A stretch of DNA of 63,475 nt, filler included, from Octopus bimaculoides (lineage: Eukaryota): NCBI RefSeq assembly GCF_001194135.2. It is 4 parts of 4 records of this genome, joined end to end, with 100 filler letters (N's around TTAATTAATTAA, not from the genome) between each part and the next. Parts side by side here need not be neighbours in the genome. Positions count along the whole stretch, not along the records: positions 19,417 to 30,024 come from NC_068984.1; positions 30,125 to 50,048 come from NC_068990.1; 2 more parts are not named here. One strand, written 5' to 3'. Shown piece after piece: positions 25,169 to 38,201 of this stretch (positions within the stretch are counted from its first letter, which is position 1; each line of letters begins with the position of its first letter). Made by a program: the position numbers and the translations under genes. Below the pieces are notes generated by a model. That model did no database searches, was not told where the DNA came from, and saw only the letters and a program-made list of their open reading frames with translations.

Positions 25169-25869
25169 GCACACATACTCCCCGCAGACACACATGTATA
25201 CGTATATCCACACATGCACACACGCACGCATATGCTTACACACAAGCACATACACAAGCCTGCATCCCGTTTAGATCTGTGCAACTCTACTGCTTCGTTA
25301 GTGTTTGAAGCAGTAACTTTGTTGGTACATTTTATTAATATACAGTTGTATTGTAAGGTTATATATATGAACATATATGAACACCAATATCTGCACACGA
25401 GTGTAGATATAGAAAAGCCTGTTTTTACTCTTTAGATAATTCATATATTACATTAATTTAGAAGCTATGCTTTAGTACCTTTTTATTTGCATATTTTAGT
25501 GACTAAAGTTGTGTAGCAAAGATATCATGTAAGAACATATATAAATATAACTATGTCTAAGCATAATTAACACAATAAAGCAAATTTTTTGTCTCCTTAG
25601 TTAACCAGTCTATTACGTTTTTTTGAAAAGGTTATACTCTAGTTACCTACTGTTGCGTTCTGCAAGTTTCCCATGCGAACGTAGCTAAATACATGTAGCG
25701 TTCTCATCTGGCCCTTAGTATAGGTTCCATGGTTGCAGTTCATGAGGTTTTGACTCAGGGGGCCAGTGGGTGGGTGGGTTAATCCGAGTTGTCGTAGTTA
25801 TGGTTTGTTTCGGTTAGGAATGGTTTACACTGTACTGTGTGAACATGTGTTTAGCTGTTTGCATGCGTC

Positions 25870-26760
25870 TGGGCAGTCGATCAGCAAATCTAGTCATAAT
25901 CCGCTCTTTTGTCAATAATATTGACAGCGAAACCTCGGAACGTAGCTGGCATTTCCGGGATAATGTGTTATAGGGGCTCCTGTGTCTAATTATTGACCAT
26001 CTCAGGTCGTATTTTAGCTTCTCCTCCTTGAGTTGCCAGACGAAATCGGCCAGTGATATTGCGTGTCGTTTAAGGACTTTTTTTTTTAGAAAACTGGCAA
26101 TGTGGTTTCGATATCTGCTTTGGAGATATCAACCGATGCACCTATATATACGTACGGACCTCCTCTAGTATTTACGGTGCACTTGTACACACATTTCGAG
26201 TATTGCATTGGTTACCCAGAGAACATTTCGAACGGTCCTTGCATGAGCATAGTTTGTCAGTTCTTCGTTTGCGTGTGTACAGCCGGTACCTGCCTGGTCG
26301 GTTCTATTTACATTCGTGCTCGTGTCTACCTTATTATTTTTATTATTTCTGGGTGTGTTGTTGTTTGAATTGTGCCTATCATGTGTTGGTTAGTAAAGTT
26401 CTTTCAGTTGTTTTTTTCTCGGTTGGTTAGTGTTATTGTTCGAGTCATTGTTACTGTGACGCGTTATGTGATTTGCACTGTCTCTAGGGTTGTTATGTGT
26501 CTCTGTCAAGTTTCGAGGGCCTATTTTCGATGCTGCCTGCATGTTGTCTTAGTTTTCGATTGTTAATTCTGTGAATGTAGTGCTCCATATTTGACGAATT
26601 TGCATACGACAGTTTTACAGTGTGTCGGTTGAATAGCTGGCTGTACGTGCTGTTTTTAGGGAAGCAACGATTGAGTGCAGCGAAGAACTGTTTCCCGATC
26701 CCGGATGAGATGTTCGAGTCCAAGATAGCGTTGCACTAGAGGACATCAGGCTTCTTGTAT
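25870..26760 (-). mobile_element. Penelope-like element 3' coding fragment (linker + GIY-YIG), frameshifted
   Basis: IGKQFFAALNRCFPKNSTYSQLFNRHTVKLSY...; YVYIGAS...RYRNHIASF; LADFVWQLKEEKLKYDLRWSII...PYNTLSRKCQL. Confidence 0.85.
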
Positions 26761-27345
26761 CTCCTATTAGTTTTTTTCTTATCAACAGTTATATTTACAA
26801 ATGTTTGCAATTCTTATCATGGAAAGTAATTGAAAATTGTAGCAATGTTTCATTCCTTAACCAGACGGGCATATAACAACATAGCTTAAACTCAGAATCT
26901 TTAGTGAGGCAGAACTTTATGTATGGACGTACCTGATGAGATCCAGACTTCAAAATGGATGCCACACAAGATGTTGAACGGAGTCCCACTCATAAGGGAC
27001 AGTAGTAGGATGGGTCAAAACGACCGTTGTACAAAATAAAGATTAATACCAAATCCATCTTCTGGTTACTTAATAAATTATCATTATCTCAACTAACACT
27101 ACGGAGTTCCTGAAGGAGATCCAACGGAAATATGCCCCGACTGCGGATGACACCGGGTAGCCCAAACTGTGCCAGTGCTCTACTCAACACTTCACCACAC
27201 TAATCGACATATACCCATATATNNNNNNNNNNNNNNNNNNNNNNNNNNNNNNNNNNNNNNNNNNNNNNNNNNNNNNNNNNNNNNNNNNNNNNNNNNNNNN
27301 NNNNNNNGTTTTAAAGAAAATAATATTCATTATCACCATCACTCG

Positions 27346-27722
27346 TGGCACTCAGTCGGTTACGACGACGAGAGTTCCAGTTGATCCGATCAACAGAACA
27401 GCCTGCTCGTGAAATTAACGTGCAAATGGCTGAGCACTCCAGACACGTGTACCTTTGATGTAGTTCTCGGGGATATTCAGCGTGACACAGTGTGTGACAA
27501 GGCTGGCATTTTGAAATACAGATACAACAGAAACAAGAAGAAAGTGTGAAAGAAAGTTGTAGTGAAAGAGTACAGCAGGGTTTGCTACTACCTCCTGCCG
27601 GAGCCTCGTAGAGTTTTAGGTGTTCTAGCTCAGTAAACACTCACAACGCCCGGTCTGGGAATCGAAACCGCGATCTCTCGACCGCGAGTCCGCTGCCCTA
27701 ACCACTCGGCCATTGCGCCTCC
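27346..27722 (-). mobile_element. Second tRNA-derived SINE family, full length
   Basis: Head ggaggcgcaatggccgagtggttaggg...ggtttcgattccc; copies at 33729-34073 and 40077-40440. Confidence 0.8.
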
Positions 27723-27898
27723 ACTCACCATCACTATCATGATCACCACAAACACTACCATCGCTCTCAACACCAACATTACCACCACCATCACCAGCCT
27801 CCTCCTCCTCCTCCTCCTCCTCCTCCTCCTCCTCCTCCCACCCCTCCTTCTCTTTATCATGATCATCATCATGATCATCAATATACGTAATACATTAA

Positions 27899-28087
27899 GG
27901 CGGCGAGTTGATAGAAACGTTAGCGCGCTGGGCAAAATGGTTAGCAGTATTTCGTCTGTCTTTACATTTTGAGTTCAAATACCGCTGAGGTCGACTTTAC
28001 CTTTCATCCTTTTGAAGTCAATGAAATAAGTACCAATTGAGCACTGGAGACGATGTAAACTGCAAGCCTTGTGCCAAAATTTGAAAC
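27899..28087 (+). mobile_element. Third SINE family copy with 20-bp target-site duplication
   Basis: ggcggcgagttg..agaa.cgttagc head; caatatacgtaatacattaa at 27879-27898 and 28088-28107; related copies near 6480-6630, 17640-17830, 31590-31790, 39860-40025, 42020-42430. Confidence 0.8.
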
Positions 28088-28987
28088 CAATATACGTAAT
28101 ACATTAACATCTATATCTATCTGGTTTTTAATTCATCATTCTAGGCTCCAGATAAATTTTCATTCACATCCTGTAAATTCCGCATTCGAAAATGTAAAGA
28201 ATCAACTGGCCGCGTTGTGATGTGGCGTCAATTACACATTGCCAATAGCTTTACTATGGAAGCAGCGTTCAGTGGTTCGGTTCTTGACAGGTAAGATTCT
28301 GCTCTGTTACCAGATTGTGCAACGGTGTTTCATTGTTAAGGAAAGAAATTCACACACACGCCTACCCGGATACACTCGCACGTATACATGCATACACGCA
28401 TTCTCTCTTTCTGTCGTAGCTGACGAACTTGACTTCTTACATGCATACACACACGCGCAACAACACACACACATTTCCTGAGTAAAACACGGTTAAAAAA
28501 GACAACCTGCCAGAGGTAAAAAAAAAAAAAAACGACCCGCAACAATTAACAGTAGAAAGTCGATGTTATTGCATTGTGAAATGAGTGGAAGAGATATCGT
28601 TTGCCAAGATAGACGGAAAGACAATAGGAAGGAAACAAGCTATGTGTTATTGTCAAAAGTGAAGCATGTTTAACAATGGCGGACAGTTAACCATCCAGAT
28701 CATCTTTTACAATGTACATGACTTTCATACAAAGTCTTCAGCATTTTGGATGAGACACATCGTATATACTTTTATTGTCGGAATGGGTACATTCTTAGCT
28801 GAAAATTTGATCGAGTGTTCTCTCATGGTTGTAGAGAATATTCAATGAGTCTCATAATTCAGTTGTCGTTGAGTTATAAAATGTATACGTCGGTTACTCA
28901 ATAGGACTCATTATTCAGTTGTGTGGCTAGTTTTCTTTGTCACAAAGTTTTCTGCGCCTCGTTCTGCTCATACTACCCTTCACCAAT

Positions 28988-29046
28988 CTAACAACAACAA
29001 CAACGACGACATCGACGACGACGACAACAACAGCATCATCATCATT

Positions 29047-29140
<94 letters not shown>

Positions 29141-29185
29141 GCTACTACTGCTGCTGCTGCTCCTGCTATTGCTGTTGCTGCTGCT
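28988..29185. repeat. Compound trinucleotide microsatellite AAC/GAC/ATC/TAC/TGC
   Basis: Seen directly; explains ORFs 28921-29257. Confidence 0.95.
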
Positions 29186-29989
29186 GATATACAAGACTTA
29201 GAAAATATACGTAACATACAGAAAATAGATCTACTCGGTATATATTACGTAGATTAGTGCTAACAGAAAATACACAATCCAAATACAGATAAAAAAACAA
29301 AACAACAAAAACACTGCACGGTGCACAAAGCAGCGTTTAATTGTGCAGTGAAAATAAACTACTGATATAATAATAACAATGTTGATTAATGGGGATAATA
29401 ATGGGGATGATATTTGTGAATGTTTCAGAGGACAGAAACCGTGTCACTTCAGTATTGGAGACTATGAAGACATGGGTAAATCACTGTGTATGGCTATTTA
29501 TAACTTCCATAAGGCCCAGGCTGATGAACGGTAAGTACAATTGTTCATGCAACGACATAGGATATTTAAGTTGAAGGAAGCAGAGATATGTAATGCAGAG
29601 GGATTTTGTGAGAGTTGTTGGTCACTGGTTGTATAGGTGACTGAGAAGTAGCTATTTTGGGTGATAGTGTAGAGATGTGCAAGTGTATGTATGGATGTAT
29701 GGATATTTTTGTGTAAAAATGTATTTATTAAAACATAGGTTTGTTTATATGTTCAAATATGAATGTACTTGTGAATAAGTATGGGAGCATATTTGTGTAG
29801 ATGTACTTTTTATCTTTATTTTTATTAAAAAAAAAAATATAAGTTAACGTTTAGATGTTTATGTATGTGTAAATATAAATGTGTGTATATGATTGCGTAT
29901 ACAAGTTTATGTGAGTGTGCGTGTCCACATGTGTATGCATGTGTATATGCACGCACGCATGTGTATGTATGTATGTGTGAATGTGTGTG

Positions 29990-30024
<35 letters not shown>

Positions 30025-31092
30025 NNNNNNNNNNNNNNNNNNNNNNNNNNNNNNNNNNNNNNNNNNNNTTAATTAATTAANNNNNNNNNNNNNNNNNNNN
30101 NNNNNNNNNNNNNNNNNNNNNNNNATACATATATATATATATCTTCTATAATATAAATTGAACATGGGCGACCGTTGTATTCTTTCTTGTCTCGAGGTTC
30201 ACGGCCAAACGGCTGGGTAGATTTGCATGAAAAATAGCACACATGTGGAGGCGGGTGCATAGATTGGAACACGCTTTGCATTCTTTCCTAGCCCCCATAG
30301 TTACCGAGGAAATCGATTAAAACAACCTGCATGCGTGCGTGTATGTAAGCGTGTGTCACTGAAGCCATTCATATATAACTACACTCTCTCTCCCTCGGTT
30401 TTTCTCTGTCAATCATACACACATTCACTCACTACAAAAACTGAACGGAAAATTTCAGTTATCTCTCTCTCTCTCTCTTTCTTTCTTTCTCTCTTTCTCT
30501 CTCATATACACACACACCATCAGCATTACTCTCTCTGTTTTGCACACCCCATCAAACGTACACACACACACACGCAGACATACGCACGCACATCAATTCT
30601 TCCGTCTCACACCAACTTTAAAAGAAGTTCAGTCATAAAACTGTCCATGTCTCTTTTCATTTGACGCCCACTTCAAAAGATACCCTTTCCCCAAAACACA
30701 TATTAAAAAAATATTTTCACTTGTCCGGCCATTGATCGAGAGATAGAACACAAAACACCTCCTGCTGACTGCAAAACTCCCGCTAAATTAACAGCAAAAA
30801 CACACACACACGTCCATTTAATATGTATTTCGCTTTCTCTATGATTATACACACATCCAATATAATAGCTCTCACATACATTTTCGTCTTCAACAGGTAT
30901 GTATCTATTCTATAATATAAATTGTTTTTCTATAAGCGTATAACAATTACTTATTCCATACTTCTTCACTTAGCTTTTATCTTCACTTTTCTTAAATTGG
31001 ATACGTCTGCTATTTATTCTTACATACAAAACAATTAGAAAATAATAACAATAACAACAACAACAATAATAATACTACTAATAATAATAATG

Positions 31093-31232
31093 GCATTAGG
31101 AAGGGCATCCAGCTGTAGAAACTTTGCCAGATCAGATCGAGCCTGGTGCAGCCTCTGGCTCACCAATCGTCAGTCAAACCTTCCAACCCATGCCAGCATG
31201 GAAAGCAGACGATAAACGATGATGATGATGAA
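31093..31232 (+). mobile_element. RTE-tail SINE 3' fragment
   Basis: Same sequence as 1-165, ending in (gat)n. Confidence 0.7.
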
Positions 31233-31239
31233 TAAGACT

Positions 31240-31555
31240 GAGTAATACCAGCTACTGCAGGACGAGATAGGAAAATTTTGAGACATGCGAAAAGTAATGA
31301 TGATATTGGTGGTAATTGGAGCAGTAGGAGCAGTTTCCAAGGGTTTTGAAAAACATACTAAGAATATTGGAGCTGCTGTCAGGCTCGAGGTGATCCAGAA
31401 GACAGCATTGTTGGGTACATCTCGCATTCTAAGGAGAGTATTGTCTCTTTAAGTCATAGGAGAAGGCACTACTTGAAACCTTCGGTGATTTGTTATTGCC
31501 TGCTTTCAAGTAAAGAATAACCTGTAATTAAGAACTATCCGAGAGTCTTTCAGAA
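31240..31555 (+). mobile_element. R4/Dong-like non-LTR retrotransposon 3' end (RLE domain C-terminus)
   Basis: YQLLQDEIGKF*...VVIGAVGAVSKGFEKHTKNIGAAVRLEVIQKTALLGTSRILRRVLSL* (stop 31450-31452), 3' UTR then AAC/AAT repeats. Confidence 0.75.
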
Positions 31556-31806
31556 CAACAATAATAATCCTTTCTATTATAGGCACAAGGCTAGCAATTC
31601 TGAGGGAGGAGGTAAGTCATTTATATCAGACCCCAGAGTTGAACTGGTACTTATTTTATCGATTCTGAAAAGATGAAAGGTGAAGTCGATCTAGGCGGAA
31701 TTTTAACTCAGAAGGCAAAAGATGGATGAAATATGCAGCTAAACATTCTGCTTAGCGTGATAACGATTCTGCCAGCTCACCATCTTAATAATAATAATAA
31801 TAATAG

Positions 31807-32203
31807 GTCAGAGATCATGAAGGAAAAAAATGCTTTTTAATTGATGTTTCGATACCAGAAGATGACAATGTTTCACTAAAAGAAACGGAGAAACTTTCAA
31901 AATACAAAGACCTGGAAATAGAGGTAACTCGAATGTGGAATCTAAAAACAGAAACAATTCCTATCATAGTAGGCGCCTTAGGTATGATAAAAAAATATTC
32001 AGACAAATACATAACAAAAACACCAGGACTTACAAATATAAATAACATACAGAAAATTGCACTGCTGGGCACTGCACACATCCTACGCAAAACACTTTCA
32101 ATACAGTAACCATGAGAGCATCACAGCAAACCACAGCACATACCCAAGGCACACAGAGCTGCGCTCGGTAGTGAAGTGAAAGCACGCTATAAAAACAAAA
32201 CTA

Positions 32204-32206
<3 letters not shown>
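31807..32206 (+). mobile_element. R4/Dong-like non-LTR retrotransposon 3' end, open RLE fragment
   Basis: Open frame 31807-32109: CFLIDVSIPEDDNVSLKETEKLSKYKDLEIEVTRMWNLKTETIPIIVGALG...IQKIALLGTAHILRKTLSIQ*; (TAA)n on both sides. Confidence 0.85.
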
Positions 32207-32263
<57 letters not shown>

Positions 32264-32393
32264 AAGAAGAAGAAGAAGAAGAAGAAGAAGAAGAAGAAGA
32301 AGAAGAAGAAGAAGAAGAAGAAGAAGAAGAAGAAGAAGAAGAAGAAGAAGAAGAAGAAGAAGAAGAAGAAGAAGAAGAACAACAACAACAACA
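32207..32393. repeat. (TAA)n-(GAA)n-(CAA)n microsatellite
   Basis: Seen directly. Confidence 0.95.
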
Positions 32394-32771
32394 GACTTTG
32401 ATCTATGTCAAAATATCTGGATTGGTGTTGCTGCACTCGATACTAATTACATAGAATGCAATAATTGTGTGAAGGTGATCCACATGATATTTCACCATTG
32501 CTAAAATATTTGCAGTAGACAGCGTATAAAACGGTAGAAGAACGGATCTTTGCCTATTATGTAATCAAGATAACCTCTCATAAACCCCCAGTAATCAATG
32601 ATGCCATTTTTTATCGACACCTGACTTAGATACGCTATTGTATTGGTATATTTGTTCTGGATATAACAGGCAACGGATAATTGCTAAAACCACAGGTAAA
32701 TTCCGGAGGCCAGTAGAAAGATCAAAGATGAAGATTTTCTCTGAATAAAAGAATCGTAATTTAGTTTTCTT

Positions 32772-32813
<42 letters not shown>

Positions 32814-33728
32814 CAATCCATGTATTTATCTATTTGTATGCGTATTTGTTTATTTATTTACTTATTTATCTCTGCATGCAACTCATAAATCGCGAACATC
32901 GTGTCATTGTGCTCTTTCTTCTCTCAGAAACAAACGTTATTAAAGATCTAATCCTACAAACAGAATCTGTAAAAGAAGAGGAGAGAAAAATAAGAGCAAT
33001 ATATGATGATAATACAACATTTTAACAATACCCAAATGCTAACAATCAAATAATGTTCTTGTATTTCTAAGAAATAAACATTGTTTGATTGGCAGCAAAA
33101 TGCTAACTGACCTTCCAAAAACACCCGTACATTCAGTGCAGTAATGGCAAAACTGTCATTTGTTGGACGCCACATAAGAATTTTCCTTATAGGAAATGGG
33201 GGTGGTAATGGTGGTGGTAGTGGTGGTGGTGATAGTGGTGGCAGCGGCGGCGGTGGTGCAGGATAGTATGTTCTAAGCAGACATAGGTTGGATCTCCTTT
33301 GGATCTTGTTCCTCCTACTTGTTTCATATTACTGCTAATACCACTAGACCAGTGCTAACACCACCACCACCACCACAACAACAGCGACAACTATTACTGT
33401 TTGAGTCAATGAGCATGTCTCAATGTTACTGATTGACCTGATAGAGACAGTAGCTGAATCTCCCTAAAGAAAACACTCTACCAATTAAAAAAAGTCAACA
33501 GTAAGACACATTCTGTGCATTCTGACCAGTGATGTATAATAACATCCGATAGTCTTTATGACACAATAAAATATACAATTTACAAGCAAGGCAGCGAGTA
33601 AGTAGAATCATTACAATGTTTGACAAAGTGCTTAGCAGCATTTCTTCTGGCTTTCAGCGGGTTGGTTAGCGTAGGTCTGGCGCTGGTATAATTACAATTT
33701 CTTGGTTCCAATGAGTCATGTATTAGTT

Positions 33729-34073
33729 AGTTGGCACTCCGTCGCTTACGACGTCGAGAGTTCCAGTTGATCCGACCAACGGAACAGCCAGTTCGTGAAA
33801 TTAGCGTGCAAGTGGCTGAGCACTCCACAGACACGTATACCCTTAACGTAGTTCTCGAGGATATTCAGCGTGACACAGTGTGACAAGGCTGACCCTTTGA
33901 ATTACAGGCATAACAGAAACAGGAAGTAAGAGTGAGAGAAAGTTGTGGTGAAAGCGTACAGCAGGGTTCGCCACCATCCCCTGCTGGAGCCTCGTGGAGC
34001 TTTAGGTGTTTTCGCTCAATAAACACTCACAACACTCGGTCTGGGAATCGAAACCGCGATCCTATGACCGTGA
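33729..34073 (-). mobile_element. Second SINE family copy
   Basis: Collinear with 27346-27722. Confidence 0.8.
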
Positions 34074-35272
34074 ATCATGTATAAACAGTGGAAAAATATA
34101 CAAGAAAACGAGATGCAATTGACTGCCACACTTTACTCAACTACTAAATGAATCAGTTCAGAAAACGGTACAACTTGAATGATATTGTCTGAAGAAAATA
34201 TACATACTTGTTTTTCATGCAGTAGGAACTTGGTGATATGTGCTTGACCAACAGGAACACAACAGTTCATCAAAGGTATCAGCAAAATAATTCACCTCTC
34301 TGCTGAGATCCTAACTCAACTGTGTCTCCCCCACCCAACTGAAAGAAAGCGGGAAAGATTCCTCTTTTTAAGAATGCGGATCGGCTTCAGCGAGCCAACA
34401 TAATTTTCCCGCTCTAGGCTGGCCTGTCATGTGTTGGGATTGGATAGTCCACATCAAGCCAGAAGGAGTCGACCATCACATGACCAGGTCATATGACTAC
34501 TTGTAGTAAAAATGCCTATGAGCCAAATTCTGGGTATTTAAGGTTAGACAACCGAATGATAAACATACGTTTGCTACAGGCTTTACGTTCTGAGTTCCAT
34601 CAACTTTACCTTTTATCATTTCGGGGTCAATAAAATAAGTACCAGGCGAGCGCTGGGGATCGATGTGATTGACTTCCCCTTTTCCCCAAATTTCAAACCT
34701 TGTGCTTATAGTAATAAGAGCTATGTAATTTAGAAGTGTATTTCTAGTTCTGTCGATTGTTCCGATCCAGATACAAATGGCAAGATTTAGGCTATAAGAG
34801 TAATGAATTCGCAGCGATTATAATAAAATAATTATACAAGTGGGGTTTCTGTCATAGGTAACATATAGCTTGCTGATTGAACGATAGTACTATAGGAAAG
34901 TGGGTTATACATCATTAGATGTATACCTGACTTTCCTATATAAAATTAAGAATTAACGGAACGCTGAACTCCAGACTATCAACACTAACAACATTTTATT
35001 CAAGGTGGAATATATACATCTTTAGCTCTTGTTTGTTGAGACGTCTTCTGTGTGTGTGAGCATGGTTGTTGGGACGTTGGTATGTAGATGTGAGCGAGCT
35101 GTCTAGCGTAAGTTCGAAAGATGGAGAGAGACAGCTAAACACGTCCTTGCTCAATCGCTGGCCAGCAAGAAAGAGACAGAATGAAGCGGGAAAGCTTGGT
35201 TGTTGAATTCCACGCATGCGTGACACTACGCATGCGTACAGCGTTACTACAGTACTTTATTTTATAGACTGA

Positions 35273-35610
35273 AGGTGCATGGCTCAGTGATTAGAGCGTC
35301 GGGCTCGCAATCATGAGGTAGTGTGTTCGATTCGCAGACCGGGCCGTGTGTTTTATTCTTAAACAAGACACTTTATTTCACGTTGCTCCAGTTCACTCAG
35401 CTGTAGAAATGAGTTGCGACGTTACTGGTGCCAAGCTGTGTCGGCCTTTGCCCTTCCCTTGGATAACATCAGGGGCGTGGGGAGGGGAGGCTGGCATGCA
35501 TAGACGATTGCTGGTCTTCCATAAACAACTTTGCTCAGACTTGTGCTTCGGAGGGGAACTTTCTAGGTGCAATCCCATGGTCATTCATAACCGAAAGGGG
35601 TCTTTACTTT
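35273..35610 (+). mobile_element. tRNA-derived SINE (fourth family)
   Basis: Head ggtgcatggctcagtg.ttagagcgtcgggctc...gttcgattc (A- and B-box-like) followed by a non-tRNA body. Confidence 0.6.
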
Positions 35611-35657
35611 ACTGATCAAATAATGTACTAGCTAAGAACCATTAGAATACCGTATAG

Positions 35658-35951
35658 TAGTGCTTCTCAAACTATCTGATGTGGCGTATCGGTACATCAG
35701 ATGTGCCAGAGACCCGTAATATTTCTTAGTATATTAATTTATACCGGAAACAATATATATAATGAATATAATAAAAAGTGACAATTTTTAAAAATCTTAT
35801 ATTTATTTTGTAAACAAATAATACAATATTACATAACCATTTTATAAGCATTTCATAATGTTACTTTCTTTTCTGGAAACACGCCGCGTACCGGCAGCTG
35901 ATAGCTCGCCAGCCGGCACCGGTCCACAGACCACCACTTTCAGTAGCACTG
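35658..35951. mobile_element. hAT (Charlie-like) MITE with 8-bp TSD
   Basis: TIRs tagtgcttctcaaact / actttcagtagcactg; perfect TSD CCGTATAG at 35650-35657 and 35952-35959. Confidence 0.85.
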
Positions 35952-37642
35952 CCGTATAGAATGCATACGATACTTAATGAAGGACCTTCATAATTAGAAG
36001 TTTCCTTTCGTTCTTCTATGTAAGCTAAAATACAATACCAGGCAATCCTAGGATCACTTTATATTTCTGTCTATACTGCATCGTAGTCAGGTTCTAAAGT
36101 TAAGAGGAGCGAGCACATAAAAAAAGACGTCGTGACACGTACCAAACAAGTTTTAAGTCATTCTCTTATATTACGCGAAATATTTCTTTAGTTATAACAC
36201 ACGCAACTGCATACTACATTCATTAATTCCATGCTTCAGTAACAATGTCATTACATATGAAACTTACAACTGATAATAAATGTGACGTGAAAAAGATGAA
36301 ATTCCACGAGATCGTCCAGAGTTCTTCAGATGTCACAGTGGCCACCAACACATCACAGGAGATTGAGCAGACAGTTCAGAAACAGGGGAGGTCGGTCGAA
36401 TAAAGTAATAACTCGAGAAGTACTTCCAAGGCCATGGGACACAAGTGAACTAAAAGAGTTAAAAGAATTGTTGAAAATGCAACAATTTAAAAAAAAATGT
36501 GCATTGTGGGAATTGTCGCTCTCCTTGCTCCCCTATTAGCTACAGCACTAATCTTTGTCCTTGATGGAGATGGAAAGCAAAACCGTGGAAGAACTGAATA
36601 AAAATTTTAACCAAAAGAACTCGGGTAAGTATATATTATATTGAAATTGTGTATAAACGCTATCATTTATACTTTATGTACTGTTCCCAAAAAGAATTAT
36701 TACAGATTTATATATTTACAGAAAACGCGCTCTGTAAATCATGATATTCCTGGGATTCAAGAATATTTCTAGCTTTTACTGATGTATAGATCGTAGAATC
36801 TCGAAAGCAGGTGGTATATACTTGCGCAAAAATTGTGTTTATCCCTCAAAGCCTAGTTATAACGTGTGTGTGTGTGTTGTTGTTGTCGACTGTTGTGGGT
36901 TCTGTATACACTTTCCTACAAATTATTTGTGTCTAGCATATATTTAGTAACAAATACAACACCGTAGAAAGTGAAATACATATTTTCACTTTATATTCTA
37001 TTTCTGTGTACCAGTGAAATGATTTAATTTCTTTCTTTGTAAATTACAAAAGGTTGTTCTCAGTTTGTTCAATAATCTATCACTGAATCGTTCTCTCTTA
37101 GCTCGCATATGTAACATTACGAAGTGAGCATGGAGAACCTGCTGAATATAAGCAGCCAATTTTTTTTTTTCAAATCATATCCTATCATGCAATAAATAAA
37201 TAAATAAATAAAATAAAGTGAATGATGCATGTGTATCCATGATAATGTAAATTCGAAATACACCATACATGAAAAGAAGAAATGGTAAGCCGTATTGAGC
37301 GTATTTGATTAGAGGACTGTTCAACCAAAGCTGACTAGGGTTAAACAACAGTAACAAAAACAATAATACACAATTTTCGAATTAGCGAGGGAGCTTCTTA
37401 TTTGTACAATGTGTTAGAAAGGGCAACCAAATTTCACTTAGCATCTGTAAAAAATATCTGAGGTGCTAAATCTTCGCTGGAGCTTACAATCATAGGTCTG
37501 CTGGTTTAGCGCTGACCTGGGGTTAAGTACCACCAACAGCAATACAAACCTTTTTAATTGAAAAATACAGATAATTCTTTATTCGCCCTCCTTCCGCGAC
37601 TGTTGACTCACCTTTACGTTGTTGGTATTTATTTAAACTAAT

Positions 37643-38201
37643 GGATCTTTTTTAAAACGGGGGCCACATTTTTCATTAATGTTTTACGTAGTGCTTTTGG
37701 TACCGAAAGACTTTCAAACTTCGTATACTTATCTATTTTGTGTTATAGAACAGAAAAATATTTTTGTATTCGAATTTATTTCATGTAAAAAATTGTCTTA
37801 TTTCGATAATTTCAACCAATCACTGACGTCCATTCAGCCGATATACATTAAGTGCCGACTACATAAACAAACGATTCTTCGTTTTATTTGCTTTTTTCAT
37901 TTTAAATTTGCTTTAACCCTAACCCTAACCCTAACTCTAACCCTAGGGTTAGGGTTAGGGTTAGAGTTAGGGTTAGGGTTAGAGNNNNNNNNNNNNNNNN
38001 NNNNNNNNNNNNNNNNNNNNNNNNNNNNNNNNNNNNNNNNNNNNGAAATACGACAACTTTAACATGGAATAATTTATGGATTTCTTTTTTTTTTAAGAAG
38101 ACTAAGAGAAAAAGATGTTTTATATGACACATTCTACCAGTGATCCAAGTTTCAAAGTGTTTCGTTAATGAAAAATGTGGCCCCCGTTTTAAAAAAGATC
38201 C
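37643..38201. mobile_element. Non-autonomous DNA transposon (MITE; GG-starting TIR, 8-bp TSD, Merlin-like)
   Basis: Perfect 37-bp TIR ggatcttttttaaaacgggggccacatttttcattaa; diverged longer inverted arms; TSD AAACTAAT at 37635-37642 and 38202-38209. Confidence 0.88.
37914..37984. repeat. (CCCTAA)n-(TTAGGG)n telomere-like palindrome
   Basis: Centre ccct|aggg at 37944/37945; TTAGAG variants on both arms; truncated by an N gap. Confidence 0.9.

Noticed and set aside
24046-25435. ORFs with HTHT/YIYI tracts; a GFLYFPYEY.. frame after an acceptor-like site near 25050
   Set aside because: Dinucleotide repeats and SINE text; the unique frame closes after ~29 codons with no recognisable homology
26930-27130. 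CTGATGA-GATCC and CTGAAGGA-GATCC motifs
   Set aside because: No correctly placed GAAA or UH triplet, so not a hammerhead
28921-29257. Poly-Thr, poly-Val and poly-Asn/Tyr ORFs (similarly 27630-27972, 32098-32436, 61216-61482)
   Set aside because: Translations of trinucleotide microsatellites
37914-37984. Ancient chromosome-end fusion site
   Set aside because: A fusion gives (TTAGGG)n(CCCTAA)n; here the order is reversed and the tract lies inside a TSD-flanked MITE
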